Of a stretch of DNA of 64,000 nt, positions 38,268 through 49,919 are shown piece after piece. The position numbers and the translations under genes were made by a program. How positions within the stretch are numbered: the first letter of the stretch is position 1; the number at the start of each line of letters is the position of its first letter. The DNA is from an uncultured Gemmatimonadales bacterium. Its GTDB lineage: Bacteria; Gemmatimonadota; Gemmatimonadetes; Longimicrobiales; Longimicrobiaceae. The notes beneath the pieces were generated by a model, which was not told the origin of the DNA, searched no databases, and was given only the letters and a program-made list of their open reading frames with translations. The DNA is taken from positions 7,680,001 to 7,744,000 of the forward strand of contig OY970303.1 in NCBI GenBank assembly GCA_963716255.1. The letters are read 5' to 3'.

Positions 38268-38305
38268 CGAAGACCTCCGGCGGGCAGGCCCGCCGGAGGT
38301 CTTCG
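38268..38305. terminator. Inverted repeat between convergent genes
   Basis: cgaagacctccggcgggc-ag-gcccgccggaggtcttcg. Confidence 0.65.
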
Positions 38306-38335
38306 CGCGTACCGGCCGGACCGGAACGCCCCGCC

Positions 38336-40651
38336 TCAGGGCGTGAGCGGCGGCGCCACCTGCTCGCCGAAGGTGAAGCCGATGCGCCGCCCGCGCGGGC
38401 TCTCGCGCTTCAGCTGCTCCTGCAGCTCCTCGTACTCCCGCTCCATCTCCGGCGTCACCGAGGCGCGCGTCTCCTTGAGCGCCGCCTCGAACAGGCGCAT
38501 GGGCACCTCCGGCATCTCCAGGTCCTCGCGGATCGCCTGGAGCCCCGCGCGCCGAACCAGGTCCTCCAGGTCCGCGCCGGTGTAGCCGTGCGTGCGGTCC
38601 GCGAGCGACTCCAGCTCCACGTCCTCCGCCAGCGGCACCTCGGCGGTGTGGATGCGGAGGATGCGCAGCCGCCCGTCGCGCTCCGGCACCGGCACGTACA
38701 CCAGCTCGTCGAAGCGGCCGGGGCGCAGCAGCGCCGGGTCCAGCAGCGTGGGCCGGTTGGTGGCGCCGATCACCACCAGCCCCTGCAGCTCCTCCAGCCC
38801 GTCCATCTCCGCCAGGATGGTGTTGACCACCCGCTCCGTCACCGCCGGCTCGCCCATCCCGCCGCCGCGCTGCGGGGCCAGCGAGTCGATCTCGTCGATG
38901 AAGATCACGGTGGGCGCCACCTGGCGCGCCCGCTGGAAGAGCCGCGCCACCTGCTGCTCGCTCTCGCCGTACCACTTGGAAAGCAGGTCCGACGACCGGG
39001 TGGCGATGAAGTTGGCCTCCGCCTCGCGCGCCACCGCCTTCGCCAGCATGGTCTTTCCCGTTCCCGGCGGGCCGTACAGCAGGAAGCCCTTCGCCGGGCG
39101 GATGCCGATGCGGCGGAAGGCGTCCGGGTGCTTCAGCGGCAGCTCGATCCCCTCGCGCAGCGCCCGCTTGGCCTCCTCCAGCCCGCCCACGTCGTCCCAG
39201 GTCACGTTGGGCACCTGGATCATGATCTCCCGCATCGCCGAGGGCTGCACGCGCCGCTGGGCGTTGAGGAAGTCGTCGCGGGTGACGATCAGGTTGTCCA
39301 GGACCTCGGGCGGGATCTCCTTGCGGTCCAGGTCGATCTGCGGCAGGTAGCGGCGCAGCGCGTCGATGGCCGCCTCCCGCGCCAGCGCCGAGATGTCCGC
39401 GCCCACGTAGCCGTAGGTGGTGCGCGCCAGCTCGTCCAGGTCCACGTCCTCCGAGAGCGGCATGCCGCGCGTGTGGATGGCGAGCACCTCGCGCCGGCCC
39501 ACCGTGTCCGGCACCCCGATGACGATCTCGCGGTCGAAGCGGCCCGGCCGGCGCAGCGCCTCGTCGATGGCGTTGACGCGGTTGGTGGCGCCGATCACCA
39601 CCACGTTCTGGCGCTGCTCCAGCCCGTCCATCAGGGTCAGCAGCTGCGCCACGATGCGGCGCTCCACCTCGCCCGTGACCTCCTCGCGCTTGGGGGCGAT
39701 GGAGTCGATCTCGTCGATGAAGATGATGGAGGGCGCGTTCTGCTGCGCCTCCTGGAAGATCTCGCGCAGCCGCTGCTCCGACTCGCCGTAGTGCCGGCCC
39801 ATGATCTCCGGGCCGGCGATGTGGTAGAACTGCGCGTCCGCCTCGTTGGCGACCGCCTTGGCGAGGAGCGTCTTCCCGGTCCCCGGCGGCCCGTGCAGGA
39901 GCACCCCCTTGGGCGGGTCGATCCCCAGCCGCTGGAAGAGCTCCGGGTGCTTGAGCGGCAGCTCGATCATCTCCCGCACCTGCTCCACCGTGTTCCCCAG
40001 CCCGCCGATGTCGTCATAGGTGACGTCCGCGCGGCTCGGCTGCTCGGCCTCCACGAACTCGGGGAGCAGCTCGATCTCCGTTTCGGCCACCACCTGCACC
40101 ACGCCGCGCGGGCTGGTCCCCACCACGCGCAGGCGGATCTCCTGCAGGCCGTAGGCGCTCTGCTGGAGGAAGCTGCGGATGATCTCCTCCGGGTCCTGGC
40201 CGCCGCCGCCGTCGGTGGCGCGGCTGGGGGCGCCGCGCTGCACCGAGGTGGAGATCACGTCCCCGGCCACCACCGGCCGGCGGAACAGCGTGCGCCGGAG
40301 CGCGTCGCCCGAGCCCATCAGCCGCAGGTTCTTCTGCGCCGGGGCGATGGTGACGCGCCGCGCCGGCTTCAGGTCGGCGCGGCGCACCTCCACGTGGTCG
40401 CTGATCCCCACGTCCGCGTTGACCCGCTGCAGGCCGTCCAGGCGGACGATGTCCAGCCCGTCGTCCTCGGGGTACGGGGGGAGCGCGATCACCGCCGTGC
40501 TGCGCTTCCCGATCACCTCCATCACCTCGCCCTCCCGCATCCCCAGCGCCTGGAGGATCCTGTGCCCCACCCGGGCGCCGCCCGAGCCCACGTCCTGCGT
40601 CTTCGCGCCCGCGACCTGCGCCCTCAGGGTGCGCTGCTCGCTGTCTGCCAT
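38336..40651 (-). CDS. CDC48/VCP-family double AAA+ ATPase
   Basis: N domain ([11 protein letters not shown]); D1 [27 protein letters not shown]2 [17 protein letters not shown]. Confidence 0.93.
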   Translation of the reverse strand: MADSEQRTLRAQVAGAKTQDVGSGGARVGHRILQALGMREGEVMEVIGKRSTAVIALPPYPEDDGLDIVRLDGLQRVNADVGISDHVEVRRADLKPARRVTIAPAQKNLRLMGSGDALRRTLFRRPVVAGDVISTSVQRGAPSRATDGGGGQDPEEIIRSFLQQSAYGLQEIRLRVVGTSPRGVVQVVAETEIELLPEFVEAEQPSRADVTYDDIGGLGNTVEQVREMIELPLKHPELFQRLGIDPPKGVLLHGPPGTGKTLLAKAVANEADAQFYHIAGPEIMGRHYGESEQRLREIFQEAQQNAPSIIFIDEIDSIAPKREEVTGEVERRIVAQLLTLMDGLEQRQNVVVIGATNRVNAIDEALRRPGRFDREIVIGVPDTVGRREVLAIHTRGMPLSEDVDLDELARTTYGYVGADISALAREAAIDALRRYLPQIDLDRKEIPPEVLDNLIVTRDDFLNAQRRVQPSAMREIMIQVPNVTWDDVGGLEEAKRALREGIELPLKHPDAFRRIGIRPAKGFLLYGPPGTGKTMLAKAVAREAEANFIATRSSDLLSKWYGESEQQVARLFQRARQVAPTVIFIDEIDSLAPQRGGGMGEPAVTERVVNTILAEMDGLEELQGLVVIGATNRPTLLDPALLRPGRFDELVYVPVPERDGRLRILRIHTAEVPLAEDVELESLADRTHGYTGADLEDLVRRAGLQAIREDLEMPEVPMRLFEAALKETRASVTPEMEREYEELQEQLKRESPRGRRIGFTFGEQVAPPLTP

Positions 40652-40883
40652 TCCGTCCGTTTCCTGTTCGGTTTGCGCGACCGTCCCGGTCCCTTCCGGC
40701 CGCGCAGACGAGCAAGATCCATGCGTAACCCGGGGTATGCATCCTGCGGCCCCGCGCGGAGCGCGCGTCGCCCTGGGGGCCTGCAACCCTGGCGGCGCTC
40801 GCGGTTATCTATAGCGGATGCATGGCGGGGCGCCGCGCGCGGCGGGGCGGCCCCGGGTCCACGGGCTGCGGGCGAGGAGCGAA

Positions 40884-41984
<1,101 letters not shown>

Positions 41985-42022
41985 GGAGCCAGGCCGGAAC
42001 GGACGGAAGGGGCAGGGGGGGC

Positions 42023-42078
42023 GGGCGTGCCCCCGGCTGGCGCCGGGGTCGGGCTTCGGCTCCGTGCCGGCGTCCGCC
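42023..42078 (+). repeat. Repeat family A, copy 6 (internally deleted)
   Basis: 5' 43 bp exact up to ctccgt, then jumps to gccggcgtccgcc, resembling the 3' tail of full copies. Confidence 0.75.
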
Positions 42079-42258
42079 GTCGGCGGGCTGGCAAAAGCCG
42101 GCGATTTTTCAAGTGATTGCCTCACATGGACGGGCGAAGGTTCACGGCGTGAACCGAACACGTACTAAAAGGACCGATCTGGTTAATTCCTTTTTCCATG
42201 CCTATGTTGGGCATACTACACACCGCTTCCGGTGCCCAACCCCGCCCAGGAGATACCC

Positions 42259-42432
42259 ATGGACCGCATGCGCCTGCCTCTCGCCGCCCTCGCCCTCTTC
42301 CTCCTGGCGGCCTGCCAGTCCGCGGCGCCCACCGCACCCGTCGCTCCGCGGCAGCCGGGTGCATTCGCTGGTGGCGACTCCCTCTTTTCCGAGGCGGCCC
42401 GGGGGGGTACGCTGATCGGCTCCGGGACCTGA
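42259..42432 (+). CDS. Small lipoprotein-type peptide precursor 1 (57 aa, ends AARGGTLIGSGT)
   Basis: RBS aggag; signal MDRMRLPLAALALFLLAAC (lipobox); paralog at 44199. Confidence 0.8.
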   Translation: MDRMRLPLAALALFLLAACQSAAPTAPVAPRQPGAFAGGDSLFSEAARGGTLIGSGT

Positions 42433-42455
42433 GCTGAACGGGCGCGGGCCGGGGA

Positions 42456-43733
42456 TCAGCCCCCGGCCCGCATCGCTGTCAGGGTCTCGACGAGTCCCGC
42501 TGCCAGCGAGCGGGAAGCCCGCTCCTCCAGGGGGCTCGCCGGCGCGGGCGGCGCATCGGCATAGCGGTGCAGCCGGATGGACTCCAGGAGAGGGGGAATC
42601 GAGGCCGCCTGGTCCGCTTCCTCGCGCTCCGACGCCACGTTCGCCGCGAGCACCGCCGTACGCTCTGCCTCCTGCCACTTCCGCAGCCCCGCCGCGGCCC
42701 TCGCCAGGTTGGTGTAGACACCGGCGGGGACCGATCCGGACACGGCATCTCCGATCAGGTCCCACACCTCGGCTGCCGCTCGGGCATACACGTCCCCATC
42801 CGCCTCGGCTCCCGCGCACCTCGCCAGGTTGCAGCACACGAGCATGCGCTCGTGCGGGCTGCGGATGAAAGGCAGCACGGCCTGGAACACCGGGAGGGCC
42901 CTCCCGAAGTAGCCACGCTCCATCCAGAGACCGGCCACGTCGTGTGCCAGCACGGGGAGCCGCCTGGATCCCGCCCGCATCCGCTCGAAGGCATCCGCCG
43001 CATACCGCTCCGCCCTGGTGAAGTCCTGCACGTAGACGGAGACCGTCATCAGGTCGTGCAGCACGTATCCCTCGCGTACGCGGAGCCGCTTCCGCCCCCC
43101 CTGCATCCGGCCGCGAGGACGCCGCGCCGCGCCGAGCGCCTTCGCAAGGCTGGCGCGCGCCTGGTCGAACTCGCCGTGCTGGGCGTGCAGGTTGCCCAGG
43201 CTGTTGAGCGACAGCACGTAGCCATACCAGTTCCCGTGCCGCCGGGCCATGCTGCCCGCGTGCTGGAGCCACGCCTCGGCGGTGGGGTAGTCCGCCCGCC
43301 GGCGTGCCAGGATCCCCACCCGGTACGCCGCGGCCACGTTGGGCGGGTACGCGCTCGCGGCCGCCCGCGCCCACGCCAGCGCCGTCCCCGTGTGCTCCTC
43401 GCGCTCCGCCCACACCGACACCGCGTCGCACGCCCGGCTCACCACGGCAGGGCGCACCCGCCCGGGCGAAGTGCGCACCGCGCAGAGATCCCGGAAGGCA
43501 TCCGCCAGTCCCTGCGGAAGCGGGGCGCGGACGAGCGGCGCGCTCAGCGCCTCCACGATTCCGCCGGAGAAGAGCGCTCGGCGCTCGGCGGCGGGGGTCT
43601 CCGCCCACAGGAGCACGCTCCGGTGGAGCACGAGGAGCCGTCCGCCCAGCTCGCCCGGGACCTCGTTGACGTTGGTCCAGCCGGGAAAGGGCTCCGGTGG
43701 AGACGGAAGCAGAAGCGGCCGGGGAGTCGGCAT
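42456..43733 (-). CDS. TPR-like alpha-helical protein 1 (425 aa), convergent with precursor 1
   Basis: TPR-like helices (AYRVGILARRRADYPTAEAWL; SLNSLGNLHAQHGEFDQA); LHDL and AHDVA motifs; no signal peptide. Confidence 0.8.
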   Translation of the reverse strand: MPTPRPLLLPSPPEPFPGWTNVNEVPGELGGRLLVLHRSVLLWAETPAAERRALFSGGIVEALSAPLVRAPLPQGLADAFRDLCAVRTSPGRVRPAVVSRACDAVSVWAEREEHTGTALAWARAAASAYPPNVAAAYRVGILARRRADYPTAEAWLQHAGSMARRHGNWYGYVLSLNSLGNLHAQHGEFDQARASLAKALGAARRPRGRMQGGRKRLRVREGYVLHDLMTVSVYVQDFTRAERYAADAFERMRAGSRRLPVLAHDVAGLWMERGYFGRALPVFQAVLPFIRSPHERMLVCCNLARCAGAEADGDVYARAAAEVWDLIGDAVSGSVPAGVYTNLARAAAGLRKWQEAERTAVLAANVASEREEADQAASIPPLLESIRLHRYADAPPAPASPLEERASRSLAAGLVETLTAMRAGG

Positions 43734-44198
43734 GGCAATGCGGGCCGAAGGGGACGGAGTACGTGTTCGAGCCCAAGTATATGCACGTTCGGCGCGGGCG
43801 CAATAGTGAACAATGTGGACACACCTCCCCCTCCCCGTGCGGACGCAAAGCAGCCGTCCGGCAACTCAATGTGCCGGAACGGGATTGTCATGTCGTGGGG
43901 TGGAAATATGTGGACGCGTCCCCGCCCGATTTCCCCGGCACGACGATTCTGGAGGAGGCCGCGGAGCACTCCACGGCCCGCAGCGCGGCCAAGCTCCCGA
44001 CGGTGCCCCCGTGAGCGCCATCAGCGGCCGGGCGAAATTCGACGATTTTCCAAGTGATTGCCGGATAGGGGCAGGCGCAAATTCACGGCGTGTACCGACC
44101 ACATACTACAAGGACTGATCTGGTTAAATCGTTTGGCGATCCCTATGTTGGGCCTACTACACACCGCTTCCGGTGCCCAACCCACCCAGGAGACGATC

Positions 44199-44381
44199 AT
44201 GGACCGCATCCGCCTGCCTCTTGCCGCTATCGCCCTCTTCCTGCTGGCGGCCTGCCAGTCCGCGGCGCCTACCGCACCCGTGGGTGCGCGGCAGCCGAGC
44301 GCGTCGAGGGCGGTGGGTGGAGACTCCGTCCTCGTCAACCAGGCGGCCCGGGGAGGCACGTTGATGGGTTCTGGAAACTGA
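44199..44381 (+). CDS. Small lipoprotein-type peptide precursor 2 (60 aa, ends AARGGTLMGSGN)
   Basis: RBS aggag; MDRIRLPLAAIALFLLAAC lipobox. Confidence 0.8.
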   Translation: MDRIRLPLAAIALFLLAACQSAAPTAPVGARQPSASRAVGGDSVLVNQAARGGTLMGSGN

Positions 44382-44404
44382 GCGAAACGACCTCGGCCCG
44401 GGGA

Positions 44405-45679
44405 TCAGTCCCCAGCCCGCATGGCGGACAAGCTCTCGACCAGCCCTGCCGCCAGAGAGCGGGAGGCTCGCTCCTCGATTGGACTTGCCTGCGCGGGCGC
44501 CGCATCGGCATAGCGGTGCAGCCGGATGGAATCCAGGAGAGGAGGAATGGATGCCGCCTGGTCTGCTTCCTCTCTCTCCAACGCCACCTCGGCGGCAAGT
44601 AGCGCCGCACGCTCAGAGTCCTGCCACTGTCTGAGACATGCCGCCCCTCTCGCCAGGTTGGCGTAGACGCCAGCCGGAACGGATCCAGGAACGGCCTCTC
44701 GGACCAGACTCCATACCTCCGCTGCCGCTCGGGCGTACACCTCTGCTCGACCTTCTGCACCGGCACACCGCGCGAGGTTGCAGTACACGAGCAGGCATTC
44801 GAGGTGGGCACGGAAGTGAGGGAGCACCGCTTCGAAAACCGAAAGCGCGCGCCCGAAGTACCCGCGTTCCATCCAGAGCCCGGCAATGTCGTGCGCCAGG
44901 CGCGGTAGCCTCTGGTGCCCTACGCGCATTCTCTCGAAGGCCTCTGCGGCATACCGCTCCGCCCCGGCGTAGTCCCCCATGTACACCGCGACCGTCATCA
45001 GGTCGTGAAGCACCTCACCTTCGAGAAGTCGGAGCCGCTTGCGCCCGCCCTCCACCCGGCCGCGAGGACGTCGCGCAGCGAGAAGCGCCTTCGCCATGCT
45101 GGCTCGTGCCTGGCGGAATTCCCCTCGCTGAACGTACAGGTTGCCCAGGCCATCCAGCGAGAGCACGAAGCCGTACCAGTCCCCGTGCCGCCGGGACATC
45201 GCCCCCGCGTGCTGGAGCCAGGCTTCAGCGGTGGGGTAGTCCGCGCGCCGGCGCGCCAGGATCCCCACCCGGTACGCCGCGGCCACGTTGGGCGGGTACG
45301 CGCTCGCCGCCGCCCGCGCCCACGCCAGCGCGGTCCCCGTGTGCTCCTCGCGCTCCGCCCACGCCGAGACCGCGTCGCACGCCCGGCTCACCACGGCCGG
45401 GCGCACCCGGCCGGGCTCCGTCCGCACCGCGCGGAGATCCCGGAGCGCATCCGCCAGCTCCTGCGGGAGCGGGTCCTGGCCGAGCGGCGCGCCCGGTGAC
45501 TCCGCGCGGCCGGCGAAGAGCGCTCCGCGCTCGGCTGCGGGGGTCTCCGCCCACAGGAGCACGCCCCGGTAGAGCACGAGGAGCGTTCCCCCCAGCTCGC
45601 CGGGCACCTCCTTGACGTTGGTCCAACCGGGAAAGGGCTCCGGTGGAGCCGGAAGCAGGAGCGGCCGGGGAGTCGGCAT
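44405..45679 (-). CDS. TPR-like alpha-helical protein 2 (424 aa), convergent with precursor 2
   Basis: Full-length paralog of 42456-43733 starting MPTPRPLLL. Confidence 0.8.
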   Translation of the reverse strand: MPTPRPLLLPAPPEPFPGWTNVKEVPGELGGTLLVLYRGVLLWAETPAAERGALFAGRAESPGAPLGQDPLPQELADALRDLRAVRTEPGRVRPAVVSRACDAVSAWAEREEHTGTALAWARAAASAYPPNVAAAYRVGILARRRADYPTAEAWLQHAGAMSRRHGDWYGFVLSLDGLGNLYVQRGEFRQARASMAKALLAARRPRGRVEGGRKRLRLLEGEVLHDLMTVAVYMGDYAGAERYAAEAFERMRVGHQRLPRLAHDIAGLWMERGYFGRALSVFEAVLPHFRAHLECLLVYCNLARCAGAEGRAEVYARAAAEVWSLVREAVPGSVPAGVYANLARGAACLRQWQDSERAALLAAEVALEREEADQAASIPPLLDSIRLHRYADAAPAQASPIEERASRSLAAGLVESLSAMRAGD

Positions 45680-45929
45680 GGCGATGCGGGCCGAAGGGGA
45701 CGAAGCACGTACCTGGCCCCAAGTATATGCATGGCCGGCGCGGGCGCAATAGCAAACGCTGTGCACGCACCCCTGCTCCCCACGCGGGCGCAAAGCGCGC
45801 GTCCGGCAACGCAATGTGCGGGAACGGGATTGTCATGTCGTGGGGTAGAAATATGTGGATGCACGAGACCCCCCGCGCCGGACCGTCCCGGCGCGAGGGG
45901 TCTCGCGCGTCCCGCCGGAGCGGCGCGGG

Positions 45930-48900
45930 CTAGAAGCCCCGCGGCCCCCCGAACCCACCCTGGAACGGGTTCCGCAGCGCCGCCGGCACCTTCCGCCACT
46001 GCTCCGGCGTCAGGATCTTCCGCACCTCCTCCAGCGCGTTCTGCACGTTGCGCCGCCCGGTGTTCACGTGCGGCCCGATGCGCTGGAAGATCGCGCCCGG
46101 CTCGGCGGCGGCGCCGGTGGCCGTGTTCGCCGCCTCCACCGCGCTGCGCACCTCGCGCTCCACCGGCTCGTTGCGCGCCTCCAGCGAATCCGACACCACC
46201 TGGATGCGCGCGGCCTGCTCCTCGGTGATTCCCAGCGTGTCGCGCAGCGACAGGATCAGCGGCACCGGGTTGGGGAGCACCCGCTGGAGGATCTCGTCCG
46301 CGTCGATGGTGCGGCGCCCGTCCGGCCCCGGCTGCCCGCCGAAGCCGCCGCGGTCACCCCCGCCGCCGGGCCGTCCTCCGCCCCCACCCCCGCCCCCGAA
46401 GCCGATCCCCGCCAGCCCGCCGCCGCCGCCCTGCACCCGGCCCACCTGGAGCCGCCCGGAGAACTGCACCTGGAAGGGCGAGCCCACCGCGAAACGGCGC
46501 TCCCGCTGCTGCCCGAAGCTCTCGTTGACCTGGTAGCGGAAGCGCTGCGTGGCCGGGTCGAAGCCGCGCGGGTAGAGCAGCGTCTCGTCCAGCCGGCCGC
46601 GGCCGCCGTCGCCCCAGCCGCGCAGGTCGCCCTCGCCGTGCACGAGCAGGTCCAGCCCCGCCGGGACGTTGCTGGCGTCCAGCGACAGCGACAGGCGCCG
46701 CCCCAGCCCCAGCTGCGGCAGGTTGGGCCGGTAGGTGGCGCGCAGGTCCAGCGAGCGTGTCCACGGCCCGCGGCAGGAGTTGCGCTCCGCCACCTGGCCG
46801 GTCTGCGCGCGCAGGCACTCGCGCACCCCGCCCGGCACCGCCGCCAGCACCCGCGACATCCCGGCGGCGAGCGCCGTGTCCGGCGCGGAGGCCGGGTCGA
46901 AGACGAAGGCCACGTCGTTGCGCGAGCCGTCGCCGTTGACGTCGCCGCCCACCATGGGGGTGAACGCCTGCCCCGAGGAGAGCCGCCCGATCAGCGTCAC
47001 CTCGAACGACTGGCGGATGGGAAGCCCCGCCTGCAGGGTGAACGAGTGGCGCCGCTCCAGGTCGCTGGTGGCCCACCCGGGGCGGTTGGGGTCGCCCGCC
47101 GTGGGCGACGACGAGAAGCCCTGCTGCGCCGAGCCGGACGAGAACGACGACTGGTCGCGCGAGCGCATCAGCGTGTACGATCCCCCGAAGAACACCCGGC
47201 GCTGGAGCGCGCCGTTCAGTCCCAGGGTGAGCTGCTGCGTCTCGGACTCCAGCTCGGAGTTGACCGCGAACACGTTGCCGTACTCGGGGTGCACGCGCGA
47301 GCCCAGGAACGACACCTCGCCGGTGGCGGGGACGATGGAGCCGGGGTCCACGTACACCGGGCGCCCGCCCTCCGAGGCCAGCCGGAACGCCGGCTCCGCC
47401 GCCAGGTTCAGGTCCCGCACCCCGAACTGGTTGACGCCGCGCACGAAGCTCGCGTCCGCGGTGGCGTTGATCCCCGGGCGCAGCTGCGCCTGGAAGCCCA
47501 GCGACCCGCGCCAGGAGCGCGGCGCCCCGAAGCCGTCGTCGAAGGTCGTCACCGTGGGGCGGCGGCCGGACTCCAGCGGCCCGCCGGCGCCCCCGTCTGC
47601 GCACGCCGAGGGGACGCTGGACGGGTCGGCCAGGTAGGCGGACCAGTCCGGCGTGGGGACGGCGGCGCCCACGCACACCAGCTGCGACTCGCCGCGCGCC
47701 AGCCCCGTCTGGTCGATGGCGCCCGCGTACAGCGAGAACGGCGCGCGCCCGCGGAACTCGCCCACGCCGCCGCGGATGATGCGCGCCGGCGCCCCCTGCT
47801 CGTTGAGGCGCAGTGTGAAGCCGGCGCGCGGGCTCACGTGCACCTCGGAGGGGATGCGGTCGGTGCGCTGCCCGAAGAGCGCCTCCACCTCGGGGTTGTA
47901 CTCCGGCTCCCCGCCGAAGCGCGAGCCTTCCAGCCGCAGCCCGTAGGTGAGCTGGAGCTTCTGCACCGGGCGCCAGGTGTCGCCCAGGTACATGGCGGCG
48001 TTCACGCCGCTCCCCTCGGAGCTGCGCTCGGTGAGCGAGCGCGTGAACGAGGCCGCCCGCCCCGCCGCGAAGTCCTCCAGCGAGTTGAAGGTGAAGGAGC
48101 CCAGGAAGTTGTTGGCCAGCCGCTGCTCGAAGGCGTTGTAGTTGACCAGCCCGCCCACCTTGATGCGGTGCGTGTCCCGCCACAGCAGCGACAGCTCGTC
48201 GCTGGCCTCCAGCGTCCGCTCGCGCGTGGTGGTGGGGAGCGAGCGGTCCCCCCCGAAGGCGAGCTGCGATACCCCCTGCGAGCCGTCCTCCAGCAGCGAC
48301 GTCACGCGCACCCGCCCCTCGGGGATCTCGGCGTACGGGGTGAGGTCGCGGCGGTCCTCGTTGGCGGACACGCGCAGCTCGTTGATCCACCCGTCGCCGA
48401 AGCGCGAGGTGAGCGTCGCCATGCCGCCGCCGCCGGTGGAGCCCGTCTCGCCGCCGCCCTGCTTGAGCTCCAGGAAGCCGATGCGGGTGCTGTCCTGGTC
48501 GTAGCGGCTCAGGTTGCCGCGCAGCATCAGCGAGTGCCGCTCGGAAAGGGTGTAGTCCACCCGCCCCAGCAGCGAGAGAGCGTCGCCGGTGCGCTGGTAC
48601 GCGCCCGTCTGCCCCGGGCCGCCCAGGCCGTACTGCGAGCCCAGGATCCCCAGGAAGCGCGTGACCGAGTCGCCGCTCACCCCCAGCGCCTCCAGCACGG
48701 CCGGGTTCGACGGCGTGAGCGCGAACAGGTCGTCGCTGCGCCGCTGGAAGGTCCCCGACAGGTAGTAGAAGAGCTTGTCGCGGACGATGGGGCCGCCCAT
48801 GCCGCCGCTGATGCGGTTCTGGGTGAAGGAGCCGGAGAGCGGTGACACTCCGGCGTTCCCCTGGAGGAAGGGGTCGCGGAGCTGGTAGTTGAAGGAGCCG

Positions 48901-49670
48901 GCCAGGTTGTTGTTGCCGCCGCGGGTGGTGATCGCCACCTGCCCGCCCGAGAACTGCCCGCGCGACACGTCGTAGGTGGCGGTGACCACCTGGGTGGCGC
49001 GCGTCCCCTCCTGCGGGATCCCCAGCGGCGAGCCGCCGCCCGCCTGGCCCCCGGTGAGCGCCGAGGCGAAGGAGGCGCCGTCCAGCGTCACCTGGTTCTG
49101 CGAGGCGCGCTGCCCGGCCACGGAAAAGCCGCCCCGCTGGTCCAGCGAGTCGCCCTGCGCGACGGACACCACGCCGGGCGTAAGCACGGCGATGCTGGCG
49201 GCGTCGGTGTTTTCCAGCGGCAGCCGGTTGATGGCGTCGCTGGAAAGGGTGCGCTCCTGCGACGCCGTTTCGCCGCGGCCCGGGGGCGGCCCGCGCCGGG
49301 CGACCACCTCGATCCCCTCCAGCGCCAGCGGCGACTCGCCCAGCTGCACGTTGGCCACCAGCACGTCCTCGTCCGCCTCGCGCACCACCGTGGACACGGC
49401 GTCCGCGAAGCCGGCGCGCGCCACGCGCACGCGGTAGCGCCCCCCGCCGTCGGGGAAGGTCAGGGTGTAGCGCCCCTGGTCGTCGGTGGTGGCGGTGCGG
49501 GTGATCTCGCTTTCCAGCGAGGTGACCTCCACCCGGGCCTGGACGACGGGAACGCCGCCCGGTCCGGTCACCCGGCCGCGGAGGATGTCGGTGGTGACGC
49601 CCACCTGCGCGGCGAGCGCGGCGGGGGCGATCAGGAGCAGCAGGACGAGCAGCGAGCGAAGCGGGCGCAT
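45930..49670 (-). CDS. TonB-dependent receptor-like (Oar-type) protein with carboxypeptidase-regulatory-like N domain and extra C-terminal helical domain
   Basis: Signal peptide; LRGRVT..TTDDQGRY; plug NQVTLDG, GQFSGGQV; GGPIVRDKLF; LTYGLRLE; SPRAGF. Confidence 0.85.
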   Translation of the reverse strand: MRPLRSLLVLLLLIAPAALAAQVGVTTDILRGRVTGPGGVPVVQARVEVTSLESEITRTATTDDQGRYTLTFPDGGGRYRVRVARAGFADAVSTVVREADEDVLVANVQLGESPLALEGIEVVARRGPPPGRGETASQERTLSSDAINRLPLENTDAASIAVLTPGVVSVAQGDSLDQRGGFSVAGQRASQNQVTLDGASFASALTGGQAGGGSPLGIPQEGTRATQVVTATYDVSRGQFSGGQVAITTRGGNNNLAGSFNYQLRDPFLQGNAGVSPLSGSFTQNRISGGMGGPIVRDKLFYYLSGTFQRRSDDLFALTPSNPAVLEALGVSGDSVTRFLGILGSQYGLGGPGQTGAYQRTGDALSLLGRVDYTLSERHSLMLRGNLSRYDQDSTRIGFLELKQGGGETGSTGGGGMATLTSRFGDGWINELRVSANEDRRDLTPYAEIPEGRVRVTSLLEDGSQGVSQLAFGGDRSLPTTTRERTLEASDELSLLWRDTHRIKVGGLVNYNAFEQRLANNFLGSFTFNSLEDFAAGRAASFTRSLTERSSEGSGVNAAMYLGDTWRPVQKLQLTYGLRLEGSRFGGEPEYNPEVEALFGQRTDRIPSEVHVSPRAGFTLRLNEQGAPARIIRGGVGEFRGRAPFSLYAGAIDQTGLARGESQLVCVGAAVPTPDWSAYLADPSSVPSACADGGAGGPLESGRRPTVTTFDDGFGAPRSWRGSLGFQAQLRPGINATADASFVRGVNQFGVRDLNLAAEPAFRLASEGGRPVYVDPGSIVPATGEVSFLGSRVHPEYGNVFAVNSELESETQQLTLGLNGALQRRVFFGGSYTLMRSRDQSSFSSGSAQQGFSSSPTAGDPNRPGWATSDLERRHSFTLQAGLPIRQSFEVTLIGRLSSGQAFTPMVGGDVNGDGSRNDVAFVFDPASAPDTALAAGMSRVLAAVPGGVRECLRAQTGQVAERNSCRGPWTRSLDLRATYRPNLPQLGLGRRLSLSLDASNVPAGLDLLVHGEGDLRGWGDGGRGRLDETLLYPRGFDPATQRFRYQVNESFGQQRERRFAVGSPFQVQFSGRLQVGRVQGGGGGLAGIGFGGGGGGGGRPGGGGDRGGFGGQPGPDGRRTIDADEILQRVLPNPVPLILSLRDTLGITEEQAARIQVVSDSLEARNEPVEREVRSAVEAANTATGAAAEPGAIFQRIGPHVNTGRRNVQNALEEVRKILTPEQWRKVPAALRNPFQGGFGGPRGF

Positions 49671-49770
49671 CGGGTCCGTGAGCGCGATGGGGTAAGGGCC
49701 CCGCCCGTGGGGGGCGGAGCGGTCCCCGACAAGACACCCATCCCCTCCGGAGCGTTGGCGCCGCCGGATC

Positions 49771-49787
49771 TGTAACGGCGGTGTATC
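49771..49787 (-). promoter_or_regulatory. Pho-box-like 11-bp-period direct repeat
   Basis: Minus strand GATACA-N5-GTTACA upstream of the TonB-like gene. Confidence 0.4.
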
Positions 49788-49919
49788 ACCCCCGTACCAT
49801 CTCGGAACGCCCGCCCGGACGCATTGCCACGACCGGGAGATGCCGGTAACGTGCAGCGTCGGATGGGAAGTACGAAGCACGAAGTGCGGAACAGAAGTGC
49901 GGGAGTGCAATACGGCGAC

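Noticed and set aside
42259..45679. Peptide-TPR pairs as a RiPP cluster or toxin-antitoxin module
   Set aside because: No modifying-enzyme motifs (radical SAM, LanM, YcaO, ATP-grasp) and no recognisable toxin domain; the small partner is exported while the large one lacks a signal. Disfavoured, not formally excluded.
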